Origin: Hemiscyllium ocellatum
Lineage: Eukaryota
Assembly (NCBI RefSeq): GCF_020745735.1
Contig: NC_083431.1
Coordinates: 45,040,496-45,104,495, forward strand
DNA: 64,000 nt
Direction: 5' to 3'
The position numbers and the translations under genes are program-made. Every line of letters starts with the position of its first letter. The first letter of the stretch is position 1. This document shows, piece by piece, positions 24,500 to 37,140 of the stretch. The notes beneath the pieces are model-generated. The model worked only from the letters and a program-made list of their open reading frames with translations. It had not been told where the DNA came from and ran no database searches.

Positions 24500-25110
24500 G
24501 GGTAATAAAGTCCATTGATCTTGTTCCATCATTCAATAAATCATGGCGGGTCTGTTTAAGTTTAGAATTCCACATTCCCATCCACACCTAATACCTTTGA
24601 TTCCCCTGCCTAACAAGAAACTATCTACCAATACCTTAAGAATATTCAATGACCCTACCTCCATCACCACCTGAAGTGGAGAATTCCAAATTTACACAAC
24701 TCTCTGAGAAAAAAGATTTCTCTTTATCTCTTTCCCAAAAGGGTGACCCCTAATTTTTAATCCACAAGAGGAAATGTCTTTTCCACATCTATTTTGTCAA
24801 GACCCTTGAGGATCTTGTTCGCTTCAATCAATTCACCACTCCCCCCTCTAAACTCCAGCAGAAACAAGGCCTGTCTGTTCAACGTATCCTCGTAAGACAA
24901 CCTGCTGATTCTAACTATCATTCAAGTAGACCTCATCTCAGCCAGCTTCAATGCATTTACATCCTTCCTTAAATAAGGAGACCAAAACTGCACAGAGTAC
25001 TTGAGATGTCGTCTCAACAACAAGTTGTATAGCTGAAGTATGTCATCCTTACTTTTATGTTCAATTATTCTCATATTAAAGGATGGCATTCCATTAACTT
25101 CCTGCCCAAG
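24500..25110 (-). mobile_element. Old CR1 LINE 3' part
   Basis: ILQLYNLLLRRHLKYSVQFWSPYLRKDV motif. Confidence 0.8.
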
Positions 25111-28100
25111 ACTTAAATCAGAGTAGAGCCAAGAAGGTGGCTGGTTGCTCACCAAGCATCCCTCATCCAATTAAATACCTCCCAACAAATTTGACTCAGG
25201 GAGGACATTAAATTCTGCCAATAGTACGTGCAAAGTACTTTGCAACCAACTTAATGTCCCTGATTTTATTATTACAGAAAAAACCTGTTATATCTTCCCT
25301 TGTTTTAAGCTACAGTTCACTTGTCATTGAACCACCTGTGCTGATCCTTGCTGGTCAATGCAAGTGTGTGACTATTGAAAATAAGAGGCTGAGCTGTGGT
25401 GCCACTATGGGTGAATAACCTACTGATATTCATTGTGTGGAGTCTAAATGAGGATTGAACATGATGAATACATCATAAAGTAATAAGCCATAGAAAGAGA
25501 CCATTCAATACATTATGCCTGTGCCAACCTCTCAAAAACAACTATCCCAATTAGTCCTAATTGTCTACTAAAATTTATCCAATTCCTTTTCATTCATTAG
25601 TATTGATTCTGCTTTCCCCACCTCTTCAGGCATTACATTCAGATCTTAACAATTTGTTGCATAAACACAATTCTCCTCTGAACTGAATAAGTATCACTGA
25701 CCACTTTTAAGCCATTTACTTAAGAATTTTAGAGAAGTCTAAAATTCAAATTACAGTTAATTAAAAAGAAAAATGCAAGCAGTTCTAAAAATGCATTAAA
25801 ATGTCTCTCAGGATGTCTCAAGAGTGCTTCACAGACAACAAATTATTTTGATGCACAGTCACTGTTGCTATGCAACCCTACATTATGGAGATTTACCTAA
25901 ATTATTGGATAGTCATACTGCAGATTGCCAAATATTCCTTTCACAACAAACAATAGCTTTAATAAAGCCAAGAATTATATTCATCTGAAACATCAACAGT
26001 AATGTCTGTGGGTACACTCAGGTCTAAATGGAATAGATTTGTTTCATCTGTTGTTTTTTTGGAGAATGAGTCACATTGGTAGGCACAGTGCTGAAGATCA
26101 TGATTTTCAAATACTGCTAATATTGCTATTTAGCTTTTCAGAACAGATCATTTAAAACAGCTTTCAATGGATGTTTCAGTGGATGGTTTGTGGGTCCAGG
26201 GGATTGCAAGATACTGAACATACTGAATATCATCCCAATATACTGAATGCATGATGTACTTTCAATGGGTAAAATAAGTGTTTAACTTTGAATAACAAAT
26301 GGAAATCAGAGTGTGTCTTTTGGCAGTATGTAGATAAATCGCTTAACAATGATTATACAAATTATTCTAGACCACCAGGAGACTGAAAATTGATGGACTC
26401 AGAGGATTTAACCACAAACTACAACTTACATTAAAATGGGCATATACCAGATGGCTTGTCTGTCCAAGATTCCTGCAGTTTTTGTGACCCATTTAGATGT
26501 CTGCTATAATCCCCCATGAGCCACGTGTAGTGTTTAAGTAATGCTTTACATTAATTTTCTTATATCTTTAATTCCTAATACTTAAGGCCTCTTGATATTC
26601 TGATTAAGAATTTATCCAGCAATGACATGACGATGCTGAGAACAACCCTTTCCAAACCTCCAAGACATTGAAATTGAACAATTTGACAAGTAAGAAATAG
26701 AGGTGCCAGTGGAACTGATTGCCTGGGAATTACAATCCCAAGTATAAGTAACTAATTTTGTTCTGTTCCTTATATAGTTTGAAGCAGTCTATGCTTCTAA
26801 ACAACATGAAATTGGACTTCTATTGTGCATCTTCAGATTTGGAATTCAATGACCCACCTTACAGAGACTACTTTTATCCGGATATTGTTTGAATTCATTC
26901 TGAAGTTTTTTTCTTCTACACACAAGATTATTTTGAATAATGACCACATCTACCAGATATTCCTTCCCTTTTTGCACCACCTATAATAGATGATAATTTT
27001 CACATTTATGTTATGTATTAATTTAATAAAGACTTTAAACTAAAATTCCTGTATCACAGTATCCCACAGTCAAAAATTAAAGGCATTTTATACTTGTATT
27101 TTAAACTGGTGTTCACATCTTAATGATTTAATCAAAGCAACACAGCCAATAGAACAAGTGATGTGGAAGAAATAGATCAGAAGTTGAGATGCTAAACTAA
27201 TGTGTCACTGCGCAGTTAAAGCTGTGAGAAAATAGTGCATTTTAGTAATAGACTGAAATAATGTGAGGTATTTTATTTGTAAATAGAACTGCACAGATTA
27301 GCTCATTTGAGACAACAGCAGGAAAAACTGCAAATACAAAAGGCTTCGTAGTGCCCATGGCAGAATAGCCTGTCACTGACACAGACTTATTCTCATTTTC
27401 ATAGAAATAAAGGAAGAACAAATAGCACCAAGGAAATAATGAACAAACATCAGGAGGAAGTATAAATAAGCTGTCTGTTGGATGATGGATCCGATAATCT
27501 AATTACAAATTGGAAAAATGCATGAAAGAATCTGAAAAGAAATATGAAGCAGTTAAGGCTATGGGAGAATTTTAAAGGGAAAGAAATTGAAGAGTTAGAA
27601 AACCCAGGGTTCATGTTTGATATTAAGTAACAAAGTACATTGGTTTTAGCAGCTTGGAAGAAAGAAGGAACAGCTCAAGTAAGGGAGTCCAAAATGTACC
27701 TCCGCTAGTGCTGTACTCGATAAAAGGAATTACGCACAGTTTCTCACATCAAGGCTGGGAATAACATGAATACATATAGCCTTACACTATTCTGAAAAAT
27801 TGTTAAATATCCATAAAATTGAATATTTACAAGTGGAAAAGAATGCAAGAATGTTGCTTACATACAGGCCTCTCCTTCTGATCAGAATCTAACCCTAAAC
27901 CTAATCCTTACACTGGGAATTTTACCTGGGCATTGATGTTACAGATGTTTAACTGCCTTGGAAATATTCTATGACTTTTATCTGTGTGTAACAGAAAGTG
28001 GCACTTCACGACAGTGGCAGTTTTCACTGATCGCAAATTAGGATAACCAGATCTAGACTTATAAATATAGCCAAAGAAGGTATGTTTAATTAAAACATGT

Positions 28101-28272
28101 CTTTTGCTTTCTCTCTCTATTCTCAGTAGTATACAGTAGACTGAACTTTGCCAAAAACTGGCCAAGTGTCAATTTCAGGAAGTTTTGTGGAACTTTTCTT
28201 TCATGAGCTGCAGTAAATTACCTCATACTCTGCTGCTGCTCATCTCATTATGTTGACACCTACTTACGCTAT

Positions 28273-28584
28273 TTAGATTAGATTACTTACAGTGTGGAAA
28301 CAGGCCCTTCGGCCCAACAAGTCCACACCGACCCGCCGTAGCACAACCCACCCATACCCCTACATTTACCCCTTACCTAACACTACGGGTAATTTAGCAT
28401 GGCCAATTCACCTGACCCGCACATCTTTGGATTGTGGGAGGAAACCGGAGCATCCGGAGGAAACCCACGCAGACACGGGGAGAACGTGCAAACTCCACAC
28501 AGTCAGTCGCCTGAGTCGGGAATTGAACCCGGGTCTCAGGTGCTGTGAGACAGCAGTGCTAACCACTGTGCCACCGTGCCGCCC
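28273..28584 (-). mobile_element. HE1-type V-SINE, young full-length copy
   Basis: tRNA-like head with A box TGGCACAGTGG and B box GGTTCAATTCC, V-domain GTGTGGAGTTTGCACGTTCTCCCCGTGTCTGCGTGGGTTTCC, CR1-like 3' end and (AATCT)n tail. Confidence 0.92.
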
Positions 28585-28989
28585 ACTATGTTATGCTCAT
28601 CACTGCCATCACCGCCAAGGATTCTCATACTGAAAGCCCAGCCATATACCAGTTCAAACTTGCTCACCAGATGCTGCCCTTCATAGCAGGAGGGAAACAA
28701 AAAAGAAAAGCTTCATGAGTGAGACTTCATTGAAAATACAACTTCATATTTGTAAATGTATTGCTACTATACATCATCACCTGTCTGATCACTGTCATGA
28801 TAACTGCTGATACATGCTACACAGGCTACCGGTCCTTGGTGTCACATCGTGTTAGAAACGTGTCTCAGGGACTGCTACTGTTTTCTTAACACCCAGCAAA
28901 GCACACCAGCTTCTCATTGTTCAATGAGAATCTGAGCATCACATGCTTGAAAGTTTTCAGAAGTGTGAAAGCATTTAACAAAATCTGGC

Positions 28990-29185
28990 TGTTACCTATC
29001 AATCAGCATTCATGGGTGTATTCTCCATGGTAATCGTGGTTCATTGACCAACCAATCAGCACACTTTTCTTGTGCAGTATAAATGTTGTTTTTCCTCTTT
29101 AATTTGTATTTATTGTGAAATGCCCTGCTGAGTGCAAGATGAAAGCTTTGACTGTCTTTCCTTTAACAGTGCTCAGGTTAACTTG
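28990..29185 (+). mobile_element. Old PLE-like terminal repeat with a degenerate hammerhead
   Basis: GCC-CTGCTGA-GT(GCAAG)AT-GAAA-GCTTT-GAC at ~29122-29152 is a mutated CUGAUGA/GAAA core with palindromic AGCT; a sister copy lies at 23850-24200. Confidence 0.5.
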
Positions 29186-29251
29186 TATTGCAGCTGCAAA
29201 TGTGTTGCTGGTCAAAGCACAGCAGGTTAGGCAGCATCTCAGGAATAGAGA

Positions 29252-29287
29252 ATTCGACGTTTCGAGCATAAGCCCTTCATCAGGAAT
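29252..29287 (-). ncRNA. Minimal type I hammerhead ribozyme motif in the PLE 3' terminal repeat
   Basis: Same 36-nt sequence as 22440-22475. Confidence 0.85.
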
Positions 29288-29420
29288 AAGAGAGAGAGAG
29301 CCAAGCAGGCTGAGATAAAAGGTAGGGAGGAGGGACTAGGGGGAGGGGCGATGGAGGTGGGATAGGTGGAAGGAGGTCAAGGTGAGGGTGATAGGCCGGA
29401 GTGGGGTGGGGGCGGAGAGG

Positions 29421-30796
29421 TCAGGAAGAAGATTGCAGGTTAGGAGGGCGGTGCTGAGTTGAGGGAACCGACTGAGACAAGGTGGGGGGAGGGGAAATGA
29501 GGAAGCTGGAGAAATCTGAATTCATACCTTGTGGTTGGAGGGTTCCCAGGCGGAAGATGAGGCGCTCCTCCTCCAGCCGTCGTGTAGTTGTGTTCTGCCG
29601 GTGGAGGAGTCCAAGGACCTGCATGTCCTCGGTGGAGTGGGAGGGGGAGTTAAAGTGTTGAGCCACGGGGTGATTGGGTTGGTTGGTTCGGGCGGCCCAG
29701 AGGTGTTCTCTGAAGCGTTCCGCAAGTAAGCGGCCTGTCTCACCAATATAGAGGAGGCCACATCGGGTGCAGCGGATGCAATAGATGATGTGTGTGGAGG
29801 TACAGGTGAACTTGTGGCGGATATGGAAGGATCCCTTGGGGCCTTGGAGGGAAGTGAGTGTGGAGGTGTGGGCGCAAGTTTTACATTTCCTGCGGTTGCA
29901 GGGGAAGGTGCCGGGGGTGGAGGTTGGGTTGGTGGGGGGTGTGGATCTGACAAGGGAGTCACGAAGGGAGTGGTCCTTGCGGAACGCTGATAGGGGAGGG
30001 GAGGGAAATATATCCTTGGTGGTGGGGTCCGTTTGGAGGTGGCGGAAATGGCGGCGGATAATACGTTGTATGCGCAGGTTGGTGGGGTGGTAGGTGAGAA
30101 CCAGTGGGGTTCTGTCTTGGTGGCGGTTGGAGGAGCGGGGCTCAAGGGCGGAGGAGCGGGAAGTGGAGGAGATGCGGTGGAGGGCATCGTCGATCACGTC
30201 TGGGGGGAATCTGCGGTCCTTGAAGAAGGAGGCCATCTGGGTTGTGCGGTGTTGGAATTGGTCCTCCTGGGAGCAGATGCGGCGGAGACGAAGGAATTGG
30301 GAATATGGGATGGCGTTTTTACAGGGGGCAGGGTGGGAGGAGGTGTAGTCCAGGTAGCTGTGGGAGTCAGTCGGTTTATAATAGATGTCTGTGTTGAGTC
30401 GGTCGCCCGAGATAGAAATGGAAAGGTCTAGGAAGGGGAGGGAGGAGTCTGAGACAGTCCAGGTGAATTTCAGGTCGGGATGGAAGGTGTTAGTAAAGTT
30501 GATGAACTGTTCAACCTCCTCGTGGGAGCACGAGGCAGCGCCGATACAGTCATCGATGTAGCGGAGGAAAAGGTGGGGGGTGGTGCCAGTGTAGTTGCGG
30601 AAGATGGACTGTTCCACATATCCTACGAAGAGGCAGGCATAGCTGGGGCCCATGCGGGTGCCCATGGCAACTCCTTTAGTTTGGAAGAAGTGGGAGGATT
30701 GAAAAGAGAAGTTATTCAGGGTGAGGACCAGTTCAGTCAGTCGAAGGAGGGTGTCAGTGGAAGGGTACTGGTTAGTGCGGCGGGAAAGGAAGAAGC
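29421..30796 (-). CDS. PLE reverse transcriptase (C-terminal part) plus GIY-YIG endonuclease; partial, no native start codon
   Basis: QTKGVAMGTRMGPSYA, LRYIDD, LPFLDL, YYKPTD, Cys linker CNRRKCKTC and GIY-YIG IIYCIRCTRCGLLYIGETGR..RFREH..EE..N. About 457 codons without a stop; the first residues of the ORF-track call come from the flank. Confidence 0.93.
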
Positions 30797-31799
30797 ACCA
30801 CAACAAAAGAGAAGAAGAACAAACAAAAATGTTGCATTTGCTTCTGGTAATGAATAAGGACTACTTGACTTTTGAGCAATAACAAATTTATAGTCATTGA
30901 ATGATAACTATGTTAATGATGTCATGCTCTAAATGCAGTCAGTGTACAATCTACCATGCCCTGAATCTAGGTGAAGCAGCTATGTGGCAACACCTGCTAT
31001 CTGGGCTGTTACCACATGGAAACAGGATGAAGTGGGGGCATGGTTTGGTACAAATTGCCATCAGAAACATTTGTGATACATCTGTGTGTTGAGGAATGAT
31101 AGATCCTCCACAGGTCCTCAATAGATATTTGGATGCAACCAGTCGCACAAAAATGTAACGCAGCTGTCATCATGACAAGTGCTGGGATTGGATGGCCACT
31201 CATCTTCTCAGTTTGCAAGTTCTTGCTCCAGCACAGTTCTGTGACACAGTTCTGTGACAGTGTCCTGGAACATCCTCAGTCTGTAGAGTGGTATGATTAC
31301 AGATGTCTTCAACCTCTACCAAAAAAGCGGCTGATTAATGCAGTTGCCAATCAAAAGGACCTCACATCACTGCCAAGTATAGCCTGGGAGATCACACTGG
31401 AAAACAAATGCTTACTCTAATCATTATGTGTGTGGTAGCAGCCATTTCCATATCCATCACATATTTGGATTAGGATGAGGATGGAAGACACTTGGCATGT
31501 TGCATTTGGCACAGTGAGTCATGACTTTAGTCAGATAATCAAAATGACCCTGCCCGCCTCCCCAGCCCCCAAAACCTCCATGTGTCTTTCTTCTTTGGAC
31601 TCCCTGTTGAGCCCATCAATTCCCTCAGAGCTCTTTCATTTGAGTCTTCTTCCCCCAACATTTCCCCACAGCTTGGCCATGTCGACATCGTACTGTGCTG
31701 TCCTCCTGTCAAAGCCAGGGTGGTTGTGATCATCAATGGTTTCCCCTCCTGATTAACCTATCTACTTCGATTCATTATCATCTCTGACCATTATATGGC

Positions 31800-31950
31800 T
31801 TCAACTGATGAAGGAGGAGTGCTCCGAAAGCTTGTGATTTCAAATTAACGTGTTGGACTTCTGTTTTGTCCTCATTTGTTGTGCAATAAAACCTGATGTT
31901 GTGTTACTTCTGACTTTGTCCACCCCAGTCCAACACTGGAATCTCCACAA
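31800..31950 (+). mobile_element. PLE family B terminal repeat with hammerhead core
   Basis: CTGATGA-A-GGAG(GAGTG)CTCC-GAAA-GCTT at 31805-31833 (helix I imperfect). The downstream sequence matches 44636-44724. Confidence 0.75.
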
Positions 31951-33211
31951 ATGTTGAGTTGCCTCCCCATCTCACACACACTTTCATGTTATTGTCCTCT
32001 CTGTCTCCAATGCCCACAATTGATTTCCCTAGCTTGCCTATTTCAGCATTGGCCCCCAGTAATACCCCCGACTTCTATTGAGCAGACGTCCAGGATTGTC
32101 CATGGCCCACTCCCATGACAAACTGATGGACAGCCTCAGTGGATAAGTGACCAGATCCCTAACTGAGGTTTGTAGTTTCCCAACTGAATTATTACAAATC
32201 CCTGGACTCATTGAACTGAACCTGCATGACTGGCTGTGACCCACTCCCAGACTACAGTGATACACAATCCCTGCTTCTGACAGCCTGGACTAAGATCAGA
32301 TACTGACCTTGACTGACTGCAGTCACCCTTGACTTGATTGTGCTCTACTCCCTGTGGATGTTCAGACATGTCCACTTGGCTCAAGCACATTCTGTTTGTT
32401 TACTATATTAGCTGGCATATGTTGTACATGAGACATTGATGTAGCTTAGTGCTGTACAGCAACATATCTATCCCCCTTGACTGATTACTGCTGACAACCG
32501 TGACAAGTTGTCTGACATTGTGCCTCCACTAAATGGCAAAGCAAGACAGAAGTACTCTGTACCTTTAAGTTCTGAATGAGGCAACAATGTGGAAAAATGC
32601 AAGACATGGCATAGGTACTGTGAGCATGATATTGTGTTGGGTAGCATCGAACGATGTTGTCGTATTTCTGTGTGGCACTTTGAAACCTTTGCTTTCATTC
32701 ACATCAATAATGCCAATCCTGTCACAAAATACCAATTTTTTTACTTGTTTATGAAACTCTGAATTGTACATATAACCCCAGAACTGTACAGCTGCAGTAT
32801 AATCTCTGGACCTTTTCATCCTTTGAGATGAAGATTAACATTTTAGTTGTTCCTGTCCATTAAATTTGAGTGATTTCTGTACAGTGTCCTGACAATGGAT
32901 CTTCAGTACAGATTACTTAAGGATATAGTAAAATTTTAAATGCAATGTGTAATTTGTAAAAGAGGACACACAGCTAAAGTATGATTGTATTTTGTACATT
33001 TTGAAAATGTAATTCAGTGGCTCCCTGTCAAAGCCCTGTATCAATCACAGTTAGTCCTGAAAAGAACCTCGGAATATCATACCTAAAGATGTCAAGGGAA
33101 TATTAAACAAAAAAACTTTAAAAATTAGACAAATGCAAACCAAAGTGGACTGTGATCTCCTGTTGCTCATAAAAGCTTTGAAAACTCATGACAAATTTAA
33201 TTGAAACGTAA

Positions 33212-33580
33212 GGTCATAAGATATAGGAGCAGAATTAGACCATTTGGCCCACCAAGTCTGCTTTGCTATTTAACATGGCTGATATGGTCCTCACCCCCAT
33301 TTTCCTAGTTTCTCCCCACAATCCTTCAACCATTACCAATTAAAAATCCATCTAACTCTTCGTTAGATTTACTCTGTCCCAGCATCCACTGCACTTTGGG
33401 GTAGCAAATTCCACAGATTCACAACCCTTTGGGAGAAATAGTTTCTCTTCAACTCTGTTTTAAATTTGCTGCTCCTTGTCCTAAGAATGTCCCATCAGAG
33501 GAAGTATCCACACCACGTCTATTTTATCTACTCCTTTTATCATCTTGAATATCACAATTTGATCTCTCCTTTTCAAATTT
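33212..33580 (-). mobile_element. Old CR1 3' end
   Basis: CATAAGATATAGGAGCAGAATTAG tail; IVIFKMIKGVDKID motif. Confidence 0.75.
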
Positions 33581-36324
33581 AACTTATTTTTCACCAAAGA
33601 TTTGTGTGAAGAATGATGGTGTAACACAATGTTGCTCCTGTTTAATTTCATTTTAATATACCTGATACATGCAATAATTTGTGCTGACTCTGAAAAATAC
33701 GGCAAGTGTTTTACTCGCTAATGTGCTAATACGATCTCTCAATCAATTCATAATGTAATATTCTAGTAGCAGAGAAATGATTGCATAATTTAATCAATAT
33801 TCTCCATGGCACTAGCCTAATGAATATCATATGTATCTTTGATTGCTGCAAAATGGATTTTTGTACATGACAAAGAAAAAAATTCCAGTTCTTTGGAATG
33901 TAACATGCTTCCACACTTGTGTATGGTGCCAACACCCAATAACCTTGAATCAATTGGCAAAATGATCAGTTTCACAACTATTAGAATCAGAATTAGGATT
34001 AATCTGTGAGTCGGGTTTAAGATAAATTTAGGGGGCAGATCAGCTTCATGTAAGTGTACGGTTAAGATGTTAGTGCTAATGTCGTAATACGGTTCTTGCT
34101 CAGTGCAGTTTTTTTGATAACAGACTGAACACTCCAAAAAAATTCATTATATCTGATTTGTTGGTCCCAATGACATAACATCCTCGAAACACCAACAGTG
34201 TCGCTGTGATTTCTGAATAATCATAACTGGACGTGAACCCCTCCCCACTCAGCAACACCCACCTATTTCCCCACCAGCCCACACCACATTATAGAAAATA
34301 TCGCACATTGCAGAAATGCACAGTGATATAAAAACACTGATGACAGATCACTGTTTATCTTTATCTTTCTATCAATGGCTCCATTCACAAATGTCATTTC
34401 TCAACGCTGAAGAGCAATAATCCCATGAAAAACAGCAGACAGCAAGTCTTTAGCAATGAATGTGAACATTACAGGATATTGATTGTAAAGAGTACAAAAA
34501 GTGGCTGGTTGAGATACAAGGCAGTAATTGAATCTCAGGTTTCTGATGACATTGAAAATCACTCTCAAGGTTCATAACAGCGTATCAGTTTTTCAAATCA
34601 ATCCATATATCTAACAGTTAGCTATTTATTAGCCTGTATATCAATTACCTGACCTTCCCTATCAAATTACTACCTTGTAATTATCTTTCTTTTATATGTA
34701 TGTACTATATGTAAAGCCAGTCCATGAGCTAAATTTTTAAGATTTAAAGGTTGCTATGGAGAACTAGTGGCAACACTGCTAGGACCATTTCCAGAAGCTC
34801 TTTTGGATTACATCTCAATTAGGCAGCTCTCCTTGATGCTCTCATGGTTTTCTGCTCCGCTAGGGCAATTCCCTGAGAGATTTCCTGGTGTGGAGTGTAT
34901 ATTCTGCCTCCAAGAGCTTCTGGTCAATCAATAGTTGGCAGCTTTCCAGTACTGGTAATGCCACTGGGAGTGTTACTGCTGGTACTGTGATACTCTAGGC
35001 TGAAGATTGTCAGTGGAATCCTGGAGTGAATGGATGTGATGCAGGATTAGGCTAGATAGGGAAGCCATGGCAAAGGGAGAAAGGCAGTTGTTTTCAAGAG
35101 CTGAGGTTAGCTTCTAGAGAGTTGCTTTCTTAGACTGAGAATGCTGGAGATGGCACAAACATCTCTCCATTCCCCCAGCCCCTCATGACAGCAGCATGAA
35201 TCATACCAACCAGGATTTATTTAACAAATTGTCCATATAGTGTGGACTCCACTCACCACTGGTTGAGGAACTTTCACAGAGATGAGACCCTTAACTCAAT
35301 AAGAGACTCAAATTGCCTCCTGTCAAGAAAGCCATTCTTGATTCTTTCATCCCTGGATTTGTTTGGGATTGGGAGGAAAGGGGAGAATTGGGAATGTGAT
35401 GGGGTTCTCCGTCTTACACTTATCCACCTCATTATGGCATTCCCCACAACTGTGCTCTCCAATTCCACCTATAAGAAAACATCAAACCATGCAGTATGAC
35501 TCTGGTAACTTATTCATCAAAGTTTTAATTCATTATTTTAAAGATGCAGCGATGGTTCTGATTCTCAATCATTATGGTAATAGACTGCTATTTAGATTAA
35601 GTATAATCTCTGACTGTGAGTCATGGATGCTCGAGTATCTGAGCACTGGAAAAAGTAATGTGATGTAAAAGCAAACAGAACGAGAGCAGAGATAGACCCC
35701 TGGCATTGGTCTTGCATTAGGATCAAGTCACAGTGAATATTGTGAACAATGTACCAAGAACAATGCTGAATTGATCACTTTACTTCATCACCTGCACCAC
35801 TCTGGCAGCAAAGATCCGATATCAGCCTCTTGGCACCGTTATTGACTGGCTGGGTACGATGTTGAGATCCTGTAGTCCAATCAATGTACACTGAAAGATG
35901 TCAGGTGACTGCATACTGTGGGTTGGAAATTTTGTAGAGTTGGGAAGAATCTGCAGACCCTTTAAAGAATGATGTGGAACTCAGCTACAGAAATCCCACC
36001 CCCATTTCAAACATATTCTATTTTTGCAGATAAGGTAAGGGTGGAAGGGCATAATTCACATGGTCCCAAACTCCACAGAGCCATTTGAACTCAATGCTGA
36101 ATTCAAACATACATCATTTTGGCTGGAACAAGTGTCTTAATCCACAACAAGGGAGCCACAAATTGTTAGAGTTGACATAATTGAAGGACAGATAAGATCT
36201 ATAAAGCTTCCATGATCTGAAGATTTTTACGTGCCTGGCTCTTTAATCTTAAAAAAAAACACAGACTGCAGCTGTCATTTTTGGATGAAACAAAATCCTC
36301 TGTTGGACTGAGTCAACAGATGTG

Positions 36325-37140
36325 AAGCAGGTAGGTGAGTAGAAAGGTGGGCAGGTTAGGACAGGTCATGGAGGTGAGGAGGAGGGGTGGGGCTAGACAT
36401 AGGATAAGATGAGGAGGGAATTTGAAGCTGGTGAAGTCAATGTTAAGGACTTTGGGCTATAAGTTTCCCAGGTGAAATATTTCAAATGCTTCAAAGTTGC
36501 TCCTCCCCAGCCTTATCCATGTCAAGCCCCATCCCCCTCTGAACCTGTCCTAACCTATCCATTTTCTTACTTACCTATCCTCTCCACCTTTCCCCCTGAC
36601 GCAATCACATTAACCCCCAAACTGTATCCACCTATCACTATAAAATGGAATAGAATCTGTATAGTGTGGGAACAGGCCCTTTGGCCCACACTGACCCTCC
36701 AGGGAGTTACCCACCCAGATACATTCCCCTACCCCATTATTCTTTTTTTGCCACTGACTAATGCATCCCGGAACACTATGGGCAATTTAGCATGGCTAGT
36801 TCACCTAACTGGCACATCTTTGGATTGTGGGAGGAAACCGGAGCACTCTGAGGAAACCCATGCAGACACTGGGAGAATGTGCAAATTTCCACACAGACAG
36901 TCACCTAAGGCTGGAATCGAACTAGCACTGTGAGGCAGCAGGGTAACCACTGAGCCACCGTGCCGCCCACACCCTTCCCTCTATTTACGTATGGGCTCTC
37001 TCTCCCTCCCCAGTCCTAATGAAGGGTTTCTGCCCAAAACATTCATTTTCCTGCTTCTCAGATGCTGTTGGACCAGCTGTGTTCTTCTAGCTTCACATTT
37101 GTGGACTCTGACTTTCAGTATCTTCAGTCCTTACAGTCTC
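36325..37140. mobile_element. Old inverted (fold-back) PLE remnant, interrupted by an HE1 SINE
   Basis: 36345-36429 is the reverse complement of 36488-36562 (GGTTAGGACAGGT..GGGGCTAGACAT..GATAAG..TTTGAAGC). A degenerate hammerhead CCTAATGAAGGGTTTCTGCCCAAAACAT lies at ~37015-37042, followed by a PLE-type tail. Confidence 0.7.
36645..36968 (-). mobile_element. HE1-type V-SINE
   Basis: Collinear with 28273-28584. Confidence 0.9.

Larger units (their letters stand above)
29191..30796 (-). mobile_element. Young Penelope-like retroelement (Neptune-like), 5'-truncated
   Basis: Unbroken RT-plus-GIY-YIG reading frame, CpG-rich, followed by a terminal repeat with an intact hammerhead. Confidence 0.95.

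Noticed and set aside
27400-27700. Purine-rich, protein-like stretch (..LWENFKGKEIEELENPGF..AWKKEG..) as an exon or L1 remnant
   Set aside because: It has several in-frame stops and only a vague motif resemblance; it cannot be supported without a TBLASTN/HMM search.
27993-28079. AG..GT-bounded candidate coding exon (similarly 61129-61348)
   Set aside because: Stops occur in all three frames and no partner exons were found.
28510-28584. tRNA genes at SINE heads (also near 42774, 53893, 57963 and 41165)
   Set aside because: A/B boxes are present, but they run into SINE bodies and do not form a complete cloverleaf.
29522-30857. Several overlapping ORFs (221 aa on minus; 66-132 aa on plus)
   Set aside because: These are alternative-frame and antisense shadows of the GC-rich PLE ORF, with Pro/Gly-biased composition and no motifs.
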